Part shown: piece by piece, positions 45,506 through 54,287 of the stretch
Numbering within the stretch: position 1 is the stretch's first letter
How the letters are laid out: each line of letters starts with the position of its first letter
The notes under the pieces: model-generated
What the model saw: only the letters and a program-made list of their open reading frames with translations
What the model was told of the DNA's origin: nothing
The model's database searches: none
Origin: an uncultured Terriglobales bacterium
GTDB taxonomy: Bacteria > Acidobacteriota > Terriglobia > Terriglobales > Acidobacteriaceae
Assembly: GCA_964559835.1 (NCBI GenBank)
Contig: CAZLJE010000013.1
Location: 54,209 to 118,208 of the forward strand
Reading direction: 5' to 3'
Length of the DNA stretch: 64,000 nt
Translations under genes and position numbers: made by a program

Positions 45506-46344
45506 ACGCCCTCCCCGGCAGCACGTGCGAACAGGCGGTTACCCGCTTCGGCCGCATCCAGCAGCACCCGGGTGGCATGCGCTTGCGGAGCATCGAACAC
45601 GCGGCGGATGGGGCCGCTCTCTACCACGCTTCCGCCGGAAACCACCGCGATCTCGTCGGCGAATTGCGCGGTGAGGGCGATGTCGTGAGAAATGACGATG
45701 TACGTAAGATCGAGTGCGGCGCGAAGATCAAGTAACAGATTGGCGATCTGCGCGGCTGTCGAGAGATCGAGTCCGGTGAACGCTTCGTCGAGGATCAGCA
45801 GGCGTGGCTCGATCGCCAGTGCGCGCGCGATCGCAATCCGCTGCAACTGTCCGCCGCTAAACTGTGAGGGCCGCCGGCGTCTCCAGTCCGGCGAGAGACC
45901 AACCTGGCGCATCAGCCGGACCACTATTTCAGCGCGCGAGTCGCGCGTGCCGCGATTCTGTACGACGAGAGGTTCGGCGATCAGCTCTTCTGCCGTAAGC
46001 CGTGGATTGAGCGCCGTCGATGGGTCTTGAAATATGAGCTGTATCCTGGGGCGCACTCGCCGGAGGTCGCTACCGGAGAGCCGCGTCAAATCGACGTCAT
46101 CCAAGAAGATGGATCCGGAATCGACCTTCTCCATGCCGGCGATGCAGCGAGCGAGCGTGGTTTTGCCGCCTCCGGAATCGCCGACAACCGCCAGGATCGA
46201 GCCGCGGCGAACCGCAAGGGCAACATCGTGCAGGGCGACAACCTCACGAGTGCGCCAGCCCTCGCGTCTCGAATAACGCTTTTCCAGCGATTGAACGCGG
46301 AGCAGAACTGGATTGCTCTGCCAGCTTTCCCCGATGCTATTCAT
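45502..46344 (-). CDS. ABC transporter ATP-binding protein (DppF/OppF-like)
   Basis: GDSGGGKTT Walker A, FSGGQLQRIAIARAL signature, LILDEAFTGLD Walker B. Start trimmed to MNSIGES. Confidence 0.85.
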   Translation of the reverse strand: MNSIGESWQSNPVLLRVQSLEKRYSRREGWRTREVVALHDVALAVRRGSILAVVGDSGGGKTTLARCIAGMEKVDSGSIFLDDVDLTRLSGSDLRRVRPRIQLIFQDPSTALNPRLTAEELIAEPLVVQNRGTRDSRAEIVVRLMRQVGLSPDWRRRRPSQFSGGQLQRIAIARALAIEPRLLILDEAFTGLDLSTAAQIANLLLDLRAALDLTYIVISHDIALTAQFADEIAVVSGGSVVESGPIRRVFDAPQAHATRVLLDAAEAGNRLFARAAGEGV

Positions 46345-47317
46345 AGATGAGGCAGCGGACGTCGTGCCCGGCATACTGGCTAACGATGGGGTGACGCGCG
46401 GCGCATGCAGCCATGCGTTTTGCACAGCGGCGCTCGAAATAGCAGCAATCTTCGAACTGCGCAACGCTGGCCTCGCCTTCAATGACGGTAAAACGTCTCG
46501 AGTTCTTTCCGCTGTGGATCGCGCTGCGCTCGCGCGCGAGCTGGACTAGCGCCTGGGTGTAAGGGTGGAGCGGTTCGCGCAGCACGGATGCAGTCGGCCC
46601 TGTTTCCACGATCTCGCCGGCGTACATGACAATCAGCCGCTGAGTCACAGCGGCAACGGCACCCGGTTCATGCGAGATAAAGAGAAGAGCCATACCGTAC
46701 TGCGCGCGCAAAGCGCCGAACAATTCCAGCAATTCCGATTTCAGCCGCACGTCCAGCTTCGAGGTGGCCTCGTCGGCGATCAGCAACGCCGGACGACACG
46801 CAATTGCCTGCGCGATCGCGGCGCGCTGTCTCTCGCCGCCGCTGAGCTGGTGAGCGTAACGGCGGCTGATCGTTTCGGGATTGGAGAACCCGACACTTCG
46901 CAAGGTCTCGATCGCGCGGAGGCTTCGTTCCGCACCCGGTAATCGAACGTGACTGCGAAGTACTTCGGCAACCTGCACACCGATCGTGAGGACTGGATTC
47001 AGAGATTGGGCAGGGTCTTGGGAAATGAGAGCAATCTGCCCTCCGCGGATCGAGCAAAGCTCGTCTTCGGTTGCGGAGGTCAGTTCCTTGTCTTGAAAGC
47101 GGATCCTACCTTCCGCATGCGCGCCGGGAGGAAGCAGGCCAAGGATCGTCCGGGCGAGAGTCGATTTTCCGCAGCCCGATTCGCCGAGAAGCCCAACCGC
47201 CTCTCCAGGGTAGATTGTGAACGAAGTTGTGGAAACCGCCTGGACTGCAACCGGCGCTCCTCCATAACGGACGGACACCTCGCAAAGTTGCAGCAATGCC
47301 TGCCCTGGATTCCCCAC
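46337..47317 (-). CDS. ABC transporter ATP-binding protein (DppD/OppD-like) with Cys-rich C-terminal extension
   Basis: GESGCGKST, LSGGERQRAAIAQAI and LIADEATSKLD. C-terminal FEDCCYFERRCAKRMAACAARHP. Confidence 0.85.
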   Translation of the reverse strand: MGNPGQALLQLCEVSVRYGGAPVAVQAVSTTSFTIYPGEAVGLLGESGCGKSTLARTILGLLPPGAHAEGRIRFQDKELTSATEDELCSIRGGQIALISQDPAQSLNPVLTIGVQVAEVLRSHVRLPGAERSLRAIETLRSVGFSNPETISRRYAHQLSGGERQRAAIAQAIACRPALLIADEATSKLDVRLKSELLELFGALRAQYGMALLFISHEPGAVAAVTQRLIVMYAGEIVETGPTASVLREPLHPYTQALVQLARERSAIHSGKNSRRFTVIEGEASVAQFEDCCYFERRCAKRMAACAARHPIVSQYAGHDVRCLIYE

Positions 47318-47467
47318 ACCTGTCCCCGATAGCGCAGACCATATAACAGCCCCCGCTCATCATTCAAGCGGTATCTGCTGTTGACCCATACTTGCTCCGC
47401 GCGGCGTTGCATTCGAATTAACGGGCGGGTAGGCTTCGGATTGCGCAAGCTCGTCCTGCGCTGTCAC

Positions 47468-48565
47468 ATGCCGCTCGAGCACAACAGTTCGGACGCGATC
47501 CATGGTTCGGTCCTCGCGATGGTCCTCTACGACGTTGGCGAGGAGATCCGTGTCGACGATCTCCTCGCCCTCCTGTCTGCCGACCGGCAGCGTCCAGCGC
47601 TAAAACATCCCGCCGCCCAGCAGGTCCGTATCGAGCGTCCGCCGGCTGTCGAATATCTCGGCGCAGTCGAGTCGGGAGACGGAGACTCGTTCGACACCCA
47701 CATCAAGTACTACGACTATGGCGTGGTGAGTGTCATTTTTCAGCGCGCCTTCCAAGGAAGTTGGGACGACCTGATCCGGCTCTCGGCAACGTGGATCGCC
47801 GCGCCTCAGTTGGAGCAGTTGGCGCATTCTCTGGCCGACAAGAGGCTCGCGCGGGTGCGATCGGCGATGGTCAAGCCTTACAAGCAGTGGCTCAGCGAGG
47901 ACTACTTCATTTTTGTGGTCGATTCGCCTCACGATGGCGCCGATGCAAGCACTCTTATCACGCGATATGGCAGCGAGATCGCTCAAGTCGTGCGCGGCGA
48001 AACCTCGGTCCTCTCCAACAGCGAGCAGCAAGAGGTCCTGCAGTCCGCGATCTCCTACTATCCCGTCGATATCGCCGTTATCGGCTGGAACGCTGCATTT
48101 GTCTACGACACTCCCACGGGCGCGACGACGGCGATCCAACTGCTCGAATATGCAAACTCGCAGTTGCTGGAGTTCCGTCACTACGACGAGTTCCTCACGC
48201 GCGAGTTGAACGCCGCGCACGACCTGGTGGAGCGCGGAACGGGTATGGCGGCACGATGGAGATTGGCCAGGGCAGCATCCCGCTTGCAAGACGTTGCGCT
48301 TGAGGTAACCAGCCTGGCAGAGCGGGTGGACAATGCGATCAAATTCCTCAGTGATATGTTTTCCGCCCGCCTGTACCGGCTCGCCGCCGTCAAAGTCGGC
48401 GTTCCGGATTACAAGAACCTGGTGGACGAAAAACTAGCTACCGCGCGCGAACTCTACGGCTACATGATCGAAGAGTTTCACCAGGGTCGAGCTTTTGTCC
48501 TGGAGCTCATCGTGGTCATCATCCTCGTCATCGAACTGGTATTTCTCTTCCGCGGCAGGTCGTGA
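47468..48565 (+). CDS. Hypothetical protein, possibly RMD1/DUF155-like, C-terminal TM anchor
   Basis: YYDYGVVSVIFQRAF resembles the DUF155 core. Terminal hydrophobic helix LELIVVIILVIELVFLF. Weak assignment. Confidence 0.4.
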   Translation: MPLEHNSSDAIHGSVLAMVLYDVGEEIRVDDLLALLSADRQRPALKHPAAQQVRIERPPAVEYLGAVESGDGDSFDTHIKYYDYGVVSVIFQRAFQGSWDDLIRLSATWIAAPQLEQLAHSLADKRLARVRSAMVKPYKQWLSEDYFIFVVDSPHDGADASTLITRYGSEIAQVVRGETSVLSNSEQQEVLQSAISYYPVDIAVIGWNAAFVYDTPTGATTAIQLLEYANSQLLEFRHYDEFLTRELNAAHDLVERGTGMAARWRLARAASRLQDVALEVTSLAERVDNAIKFLSDMFSARLYRLAAVKVGVPDYKNLVDEKLATARELYGYMIEEFHQGRAFVLELIVVIILVIELVFLFRGRS

Positions 48566-48642
48566 CCGTTCCGACGCAGCCATCTTTCCTGGGAGCGTTC
48601 GGCATCTCCTGAGCATCTGTAGACACGACACGCCGGGAGGAT

Positions 48643-49458
48643 TTGGGAAGCGTGCACGAAACCGTCGCACAACTCGCGAAGCACGGCTACGTCGTACTAT
48701 TCGCGTGGGTCGCGGCCGAGCAGCTGGGGCTGCCTATCCCCGCCGTTCCGGTCCTTATCGCCGCCGGCGTGTTGTCCGCGCTGGGGCAACTCACGCTGCC
48801 GGGCGCGTTTGCCCTCGGTGTGCTGGCTTGCGTCATCGGTGATAGCGCGTGGTACGGAATCGGCAAGTGGAAGGGAACCGCGGTCCTTCAGACGCTCTGC
48901 CGGATGTCGCTCGAGCCTGAGTCGTGTGTGCGTCAGAGTTCGAACTTCATCTCGCGTCATGGCGCGCGCGCGCTGACGATCGCAAAGTTCATCCCCGGCA
49001 TCGGCGCAATGGCCGTTCCGCTGGCCGCGAATTCCAATGTCGCGCTTGTATCTTTTATCCTGTACGACCTCCTCGGCTGCGTGGCTTACGTCGGCGGGTA
49101 TCTGGTGCTCGGCCGGCTGCTCGGAGATAAGATCGACCAGCTCGACGTAGTCGCGGGATCGTTGAAGACCGCGACGGCAGGTTTCGCCGTACTCGGAACT
49201 GTGGCCATCCTCGGTTGGAGATACCGGCAGCGCCGAAAATTTCTCAGCGACCTGCGCATGTCGCGCATCCAGCCCGAGCAACTCATGGAGATGCTCGATC
49301 GCGGAGAGAACCCGTACATCGTCGATCTGCGGCATCCGCTGGATTTCCTGCCCGACCCGCGCGTGATTCCCGGCGCCGTCCGCATGTCTCCCGACGAAGT
49401 GACCGCCCGCCAGCAGGAGATTCCGCGCGATCGCGAGATCATTCTCTATTGCACTTGA
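48643..49458 (+). CDS. DedA/VTT-domain membrane protein fused to a rhodanese domain; ends at an in-frame TGA inside the rhodanese active-site loop (frame continues to 49617)
   Basis: KHGYVVLFAWVAAEQLGLPIPAVPVLIAAG (DedA); C-terminal IVDLRHP..EIILYCT-TGA. The next 52 in-frame codons encode the rest of the rhodanese fold. Confidence 0.8.
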   Translation: MGSVHETVAQLAKHGYVVLFAWVAAEQLGLPIPAVPVLIAAGVLSALGQLTLPGAFALGVLACVIGDSAWYGIGKWKGTAVLQTLCRMSLEPESCVRQSSNFISRHGARALTIAKFIPGIGAMAVPLAANSNVALVSFILYDLLGCVAYVGGYLVLGRLLGDKIDQLDVVAGSLKTATAGFAVLGTVAILGWRYRQRRKFLSDLRMSRIQPEQLMEMLDRGENPYIVDLRHPLDFLPDPRVIPGAVRMSPDEVTARQQEIPRDREIILYCT

Positions 49459-49463
49459 CCCAG

Positions 49464-49499
49464 CGAAGCCTCGAGCGCCAGTCTGGCGCTCAAACTTCG
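49464..49499 (+). other. SECIS-like stem-loop directly 3' of the in-frame TGA
   Basis: CGAAG/CTTCG lower stem, internal loop, GAGCGCCA/TGGCGCTC upper stem, apical loop GTC (49481-49483). Confidence 0.45.
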
Positions 49500-49644
49500 G
49501 AAGATGGGGGTCGTTCGCGTGCGGCCGCTGCTGGGCGGATTCAAGGAATGGAAAAAGCGCGGTTATCCGCTGAAAGAGACGCTATACGCCGTCGAAGCGC
49601 AATCCAGCGCGAAATAAGAAATAAAGCCTGAGCGATGAGGGCTG

Positions 49645-50535
49645 CTATTTGCTCGCGAGCGCTGCCTCTACCCGTTTGGCCTGCACGATCCCCGCAGCGT
49701 ACGCTCCCGCCAGCGCGACCAGGCATGCATGCCCCAGTTGCCAGTACCGATGGATCAGGACGTAGACGGTCCATCCATACAAGGTGGTTAATTGCATCAT
49801 GTCGCTGGGCCCGCGCTCGTCGGTGTCTTCGAGGAATTGGGAGATGTTCTCGAACCCGCCGGCCCAGCGCGAGTACACGCTCCAGAACGCCATCCCGCCC
49901 AGTATCAACAGTCCCCACCGAACCTGGTTACGCGAGATCGGACTGTCCGGACGCGCGTAGAAAGTCATCATCAGCAGAGTTGAGAGCACGTAGGCTCCGC
50001 CATCGCCCCAAAACGTAAAAAGCATCCTGGAATGAAAATCCGTTTGCAGGTTTCCGGCGATGATGAGGACGAGGACGACAGCGCTGACCCCCACCCAAAA
50101 CCAGCGCTCCATGCGGAACGCAACGTATCCGCCGGCGATCAATATCGCGCCCAGGATCACGCTGATCCAGCGGCTGCGTTCGCCGATGATCGTGAACCAT
50201 GCGGTAGGGAAGGCGTTATAGCCGCAGAACCATGCCGAAATGGCGTGCCCGCTTTCATGCACCCACATCGCCAGGAACGCCGTCATCGTGGGCATCGCCA
50301 GATTGACCACCCACCCGAACAACAACGCTCCTGGCACTGCAAACACTCGGCAGAGGAACTCAGTGTGCGCCTTTCGTTGTTCGATGGCGATGTCCACGGG
50401 CGATCGTTCCGGCGTGACGTCGCGCACTGCCGCCACCGCTTCCTGAAACGCCAGGTATTTGGAGAAGATGACACCGCACTTCAGACATTCATCCACTTGC
50501 TGCGGATGATCGAACTGACATTTCGGACATTGCAT
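49645..50535 (-). CDS. Zinc-ribbon plus polytopic membrane protein with HExxH motif (putative intramembrane metalloprotease)
   Basis: N-terminal CPKCQFDHPQQVDECLKCG, then several TM helices, one carrying WVHESGHAISAW. Confidence 0.5.
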   Translation of the reverse strand: MQCPKCQFDHPQQVDECLKCGVIFSKYLAFQEAVAAVRDVTPERSPVDIAIEQRKAHTEFLCRVFAVPGALLFGWVVNLAMPTMTAFLAMWVHESGHAISAWFCGYNAFPTAWFTIIGERSRWISVILGAILIAGGYVAFRMERWFWVGVSAVVLVLIIAGNLQTDFHSRMLFTFWGDGGAYVLSTLLMMTFYARPDSPISRNQVRWGLLILGGMAFWSVYSRWAGGFENISQFLEDTDERGPSDMMQLTTLYGWTVYVLIHRYWQLGHACLVALAGAYAAGIVQAKRVEAALASK

Positions 50536-50701
50536 GGGGGTCGGGCGGATTTTATCGCAACCAATACGGAGGAACCCAACGGATCCACGGCGAGAGAGAT
50601 TCCAACCGTGTCCGTCAGGTTCCCCGGCCGGGCGCCGCCGCCTTGCGCTGCGGAGACGCCCGGCTTCCCTACATCTCGAAGCGGGTTACGCGCCCGCAAA
50701 C

Positions 50702-51019
50702 TTACCAGGGTGCATCGTCGCTGTTCTGCACCCGGGGAAAGTCTTTGCAGTCATGCGCGGCGTAACGTTCGTGCGCCAGGTCCACTTCGCGCCGCGACAG
50801 CGTTCCATCGGGCTCGCTGCTCGTGAACACGTGGAACCAATCGCAGGAACTGCACGCAAATCCATCGACGCTCGTCGTCCCTGGCTCGAAATGTAAAACG
50901 ATGGATCGCATGTCCTTGTCGTCCCTGACGTCTCCTGCCGCTGGTCGGAACTGCTCGCGTCTGATTGGCAGGACCCAGTGCATAACCGCGTACTCCCCTC
51001 CGCCGGCGAGGTCTGACAT
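50702..51019 (-). CDS. Hypothetical small protein (weak call)
   Basis: Only plausible frame in a 700-bp gap. Cys/His-containing (CSSCDWFH..HERYAAHDC). No recognisable family. Confidence 0.25.
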   Translation of the reverse strand: MSDLAGGGEYAVMHWVLPIRREQFRPAAGDVRDDKDMRSIVLHFEPGTTSVDGFACSSCDWFHVFTSSEPDGTLSRREVDLAHERYAAHDCKDFPRVQNSDDAPW

Positions 51020-51242
51020 ATACTCGGTTGCCCTCGACCGTCGTTCGTAGTTGTCCAAATGCAATGCGCTCGCCAAACATGAAGTGGCGCTAAGCTGCTG
51101 ATTCTTCGTAGGCTGAGGTGAAAAAGGTTTGGCGCACAGCGACACTGTGTCGCTCGAAGCCGTCCGCTTGCGACAAGTTGTCACCCTGGCGTGCCGGTGC
51201 TGCCATTGACAGTGGCGCTAAATAGGAAACAATGTCGTTTAC

Positions 51243-52667
51243 TTGAAGGAGAGTTGTACGGCTACCCCGGACGTGATTCACGTGCATGACCAGCAGGCGG
51301 TCATCTCCAGCGAGCCCATGCGCAAGCTCATGGCGATGGTGGACCGTGTCGCCACCGGCGCCGCATCGGTTCTGATCACCGGCGAGACCGGCAGTGGCAA
51401 GGAAGTCGTTGCTCGTGCCATCCACGCCCGCAGCCTGCGCGCGAACAAACCCTGGGTAGACATCAACTGCGCCGCGTTACCCGAGCACCTGGTCGAGAGC
51501 GAACTCTTCGGTTACGAAAAAGGTGCGTTCAGCGGCGCCGACGCGGTCAAGCCCGGCATGTTCGAACTCGCCGACCAGGGAACGTTGTTCCTCGACGAGG
51601 TCGGAGAACTCGACCCCAAGATCCAGGTCAAGCTGCTGCGCGTACTCGACGGAGCTCCGTACTACCGGCTGGGCGGCAGCCGCAAGGTCGCTTTCGACGT
51701 CCGCATCGTCGCCGCCACCAACCAGCCGCTGGAGGACGCGGTCAAGAGCGGACGTTTCCGTAGCGATCTCTTCCATCGCCTGAGCCAGCTCCAGCTCCGG
51801 GTGCCCCCGTTGCGCGAGCGGCCGGACGACATCGTCGCCCTGGCGCGGTTCTACCTGGAGCAGGCGCGGCCCGGCGCATCGTTTATGCCGGACGTTCTCG
51901 ATGTACTCGCCGGGCAGGCTTGGCCGGGAAACATCCGCGAGCTGCGAAATGTTGTGATGCAGGCCGCGACCATGGCCGCGACGAACAAGATTGCCATCGC
52001 CGATCTTCCCGAAGATCTCCAGCGGGGTGCCCCAGTGGGTGCCCTGGGTAAGCCCCGTGTTGGCTTACCCGGGGACGTTTCCAGCCCCTACGCCCCCCCT
52101 ACCGCCCTCGACGATATGGAGAAACAGGCGATCCTTCGCGCGCTGGCCGCGTGCAACGGCCACCAGGGACTCGCCGCCGAACAACTGGGCATCTCTCGCC
52201 GCACCTTGAGCCGCAAGCTGAAGCAATTCCGCATCGAGTCCGGCTCCGACAGTAGCGCTGGCGTCTCGTCCGACCCTGCGCCCTCCGCCCTCCGCCCTAC
52301 CCCCCTCGGCAAACTCAGCTTCCAGCAGCACGAGTGTTTCCGCGCCTCCGTCGAACTGCCGGTGCGCGTACACGCCGAATCCGGCTTCTTCACCCTCAAG
52401 ACGCTCAATATCAGCGTTGGCGGCATGGCCCTGGAGGGCATCTCGGAACCGTACCGTCTCTCCGGTGATCTGAAGGTCGAATTTCATCTGCCGGCCGGAT
52501 TCGGATTCATCGTCGCCCGTGCACGACTGGTGTGGGCCGACGCACACGGCAAGGCCGGCGTGCGCTTCAACGATCTGCCGCCGGAGTGCCGCACCGCACT
52601 GAACCAATGGCTCGTCGAAGTGGAGCGGCAGGAAGGCTGGACCGTCGAGGAGACGGCCAACCGCTAG
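51243..52667 (+). CDS. Sigma-54-dependent activator with AAA+-HTH-PilZ architecture (no N-terminal sensor)
   Basis: [23 protein letters not shown], and a Fis-type HTH ([19 protein letters not shown]). C-terminal ~105 aa are PilZ-like ([31 protein letters not shown]). Exact start is uncertain. Confidence 0.85.
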   Translation: MKESCTATPDVIHVHDQQAVISSEPMRKLMAMVDRVATGAASVLITGETGSGKEVVARAIHARSLRANKPWVDINCAALPEHLVESELFGYEKGAFSGADAVKPGMFELADQGTLFLDEVGELDPKIQVKLLRVLDGAPYYRLGGSRKVAFDVRIVAATNQPLEDAVKSGRFRSDLFHRLSQLQLRVPPLRERPDDIVALARFYLEQARPGASFMPDVLDVLAGQAWPGNIRELRNVVMQAATMAATNKIAIADLPEDLQRGAPVGALGKPRVGLPGDVSSPYAPPTALDDMEKQAILRALAACNGHQGLAAEQLGISRRTLSRKLKQFRIESGSDSSAGVSSDPAPSALRPTPLGKLSFQQHECFRASVELPVRVHAESGFFTLKTLNISVGGMALEGISEPYRLSGDLKVEFHLPAGFGFIVARARLVWADAHGKAGVRFNDLPPECRTALNQWLVEVERQEGWTVEETANR

Positions 52668-52692
52668 CCGCACGTCGTGTACCAGTCGTGTA

Positions 52693-53748
52693 CTAGCCAG
52701 ACTTGCCTGGCGGCGTGGTGTTAGGCTGAAGACGTTTCTCTGCGAGATGGTCGGCTGCCGCAGCGGGCGTCAGCCCTTCTTGTGCGGCGATATCGAAGAT
52801 GGCGACGATCGTGTCGTGGATCGCATCCACTTTCTTCAGTGTGCGCTCGCGGTCCCATCCCAGCCGCTCGACGCAGCAGCCCCAGATCACTCCTCCGGCA
52901 TTGGCGGCGTAGTCGGGGGCATAAAGGATGTTGCGTGTCTGCAGCGCATCGGCATGGCGCGCTTCCGGCAGTTGATTATTCGCGGCGCCGGCCACGATCT
53001 CGACCGTGAGTTGCGGGATGGTGGAATCGTTCAGCACCGCTCCTAACGCGCAGGGTGCGAAGATGTCGGCGTTGGCGGCATAGATACTTTCGCTCGCAAC
53101 CGCCGTAGCGCCGAAGTCGGACACGGTCTTGCGAACGCGTGCTTCATCGACATCGCTGACGATCAACTTCGCGCCCGCCTTGTGCAGCCATTCCGCCAGG
53201 TGATATCCGACGTGCCCGCAACCTTGAATGGCAACCGTCTTTCCCGCCAGATCCTCCGTCCCCCAGCGCAATCTCGCGGCTGCCTGCATCGCCCGGTACA
53301 CCCCGCGAGCGGTGATCGGCGACGGATCTCCCGATTTCCCCGCCAAACCTCCGACATGTTTTGTTTCCATCAGGACGAAATTCATGTCCGCGGTGTTCGT
53401 GCCGACGTCCTCGGCAGTGATGTACTTGCCGCCGAGCGATTCGACTAACCGCCCGTGCGCGCGGAAGACCGCCTCGCGGTCGATGCGTTTGTTATCGCCG
53501 ATGATGACCGACTTGCCTCCGCCGAACGGCAGTTCGGCAAGCGCATTCTTGTATGTCATCCCGCGCGCCAGGCGAAGAGCGTCTGTCAGCGCGAGTCCTT
53601 CGCTCTCGTAATTCCAGAAACGCGTACCGCCCACCGCCGGACCAAGGACGGTGCTGTGCACGGCGATAATGCCGCGGTAACCGGCGGCGATGTCCGAGCC
53701 GAAGACAACACCCTCGAACCCTGGGACTGTCTTTTCGTGGATCTGCAC
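52693..53748 (-). CDS. Leu/Phe/Val dehydrogenase (Glu/Leu/Phe/Val dehydrogenase family)
   Basis: IIAVHSTVLGPAVGGTRFW..RLARGMTYKNALAELPFGGGKSVIIGD and Rossmann GCGHVGYHLA. Confidence 0.88.
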   Translation of the reverse strand: MQIHEKTVPGFEGVVFGSDIAAGYRGIIAVHSTVLGPAVGGTRFWNYESEGLALTDALRLARGMTYKNALAELPFGGGKSVIIGDNKRIDREAVFRAHGRLVESLGGKYITAEDVGTNTADMNFVLMETKHVGGLAGKSGDPSPITARGVYRAMQAAARLRWGTEDLAGKTVAIQGCGHVGYHLAEWLHKAGAKLIVSDVDEARVRKTVSDFGATAVASESIYAANADIFAPCALGAVLNDSTIPQLTVEIVAGAANNQLPEARHADALQTRNILYAPDYAANAGGVIWGCCVERLGWDRERTLKKVDAIHDTIVAIFDIAAQEGLTPAAAADHLAEKRLQPNTTPPGKSG

Positions 53749-53770
53749 GGGCGGGATTATGACACGAGAT

Positions 53771-54286
53771 CTAACTGGCTCGGCTGACCGGCGTCCATGC
53801 GCGGCCGATCGACCAGAGTTTCACCGTCAGGCGATCGTAGGAATCGACCACGCTGCCGGCCGACACAGCGGCGCCGGGAAAGAGGACGCCAACGTATGCC
53901 TGGATGAGCGCTAATAGGCAATAGAGTCGTACCGCGGCAGCGGCGGACGCGAGTTCGGTGCCTTGCGATGCGACGGAGGGTTCATGGCTCGCGGACGCCG
54001 CCTCACCTAGCCGCGTCATGATACTGGCGTTAGCCGCAACGCACCGGAGGTACTCGGCAATGGCGAGGTAGCGCGCGCGCTGCACGCGGCGAAAATCGCC
54101 TGGCGAAAGCCGTTCGCGCAAGAAACGTTCCTGCTGTACGTCGATCAGATTCCGGAATGCCTCCAGGTCGACGGGAACAATCGCCTGCTCGGCCGCTCTC
54201 ATATCGTCCACGTGGCCCGCTCGGCCGCGCACCAACATCCAGAGAAGAAGCAGCACTAAGCCGGTGATGGAGAATACGATATACAC
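53771..54286 (-). CDS. Hypothetical protein with N-terminal TM anchor
   Basis: MYIVFSITGLVLLLLWMLV helix, then a helical soluble part. Tightly packed between neighbours. Confidence 0.5.
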   Translation of the reverse strand: MYIVFSITGLVLLLLWMLVRGRAGHVDDMRAAEQAIVPVDLEAFRNLIDVQQERFLRERLSPGDFRRVQRARYLAIAEYLRCVAANASIMTRLGEAASASHEPSVASQGTELASAAAAVRLYCLLALIQAYVGVLFPGAAVSAGSVVDSYDRLTVKLWSIGRAWTPVSRAS

Positions 54287-54287
54287 G

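Noticed and set aside
49215-49631. 138-aa plus-strand ORF spanning the TGA region in another frame.
   Set aside because: Arg/Ala/Ser-rich shadow frame. The rhodanese homology is in the frame of the DedA gene.
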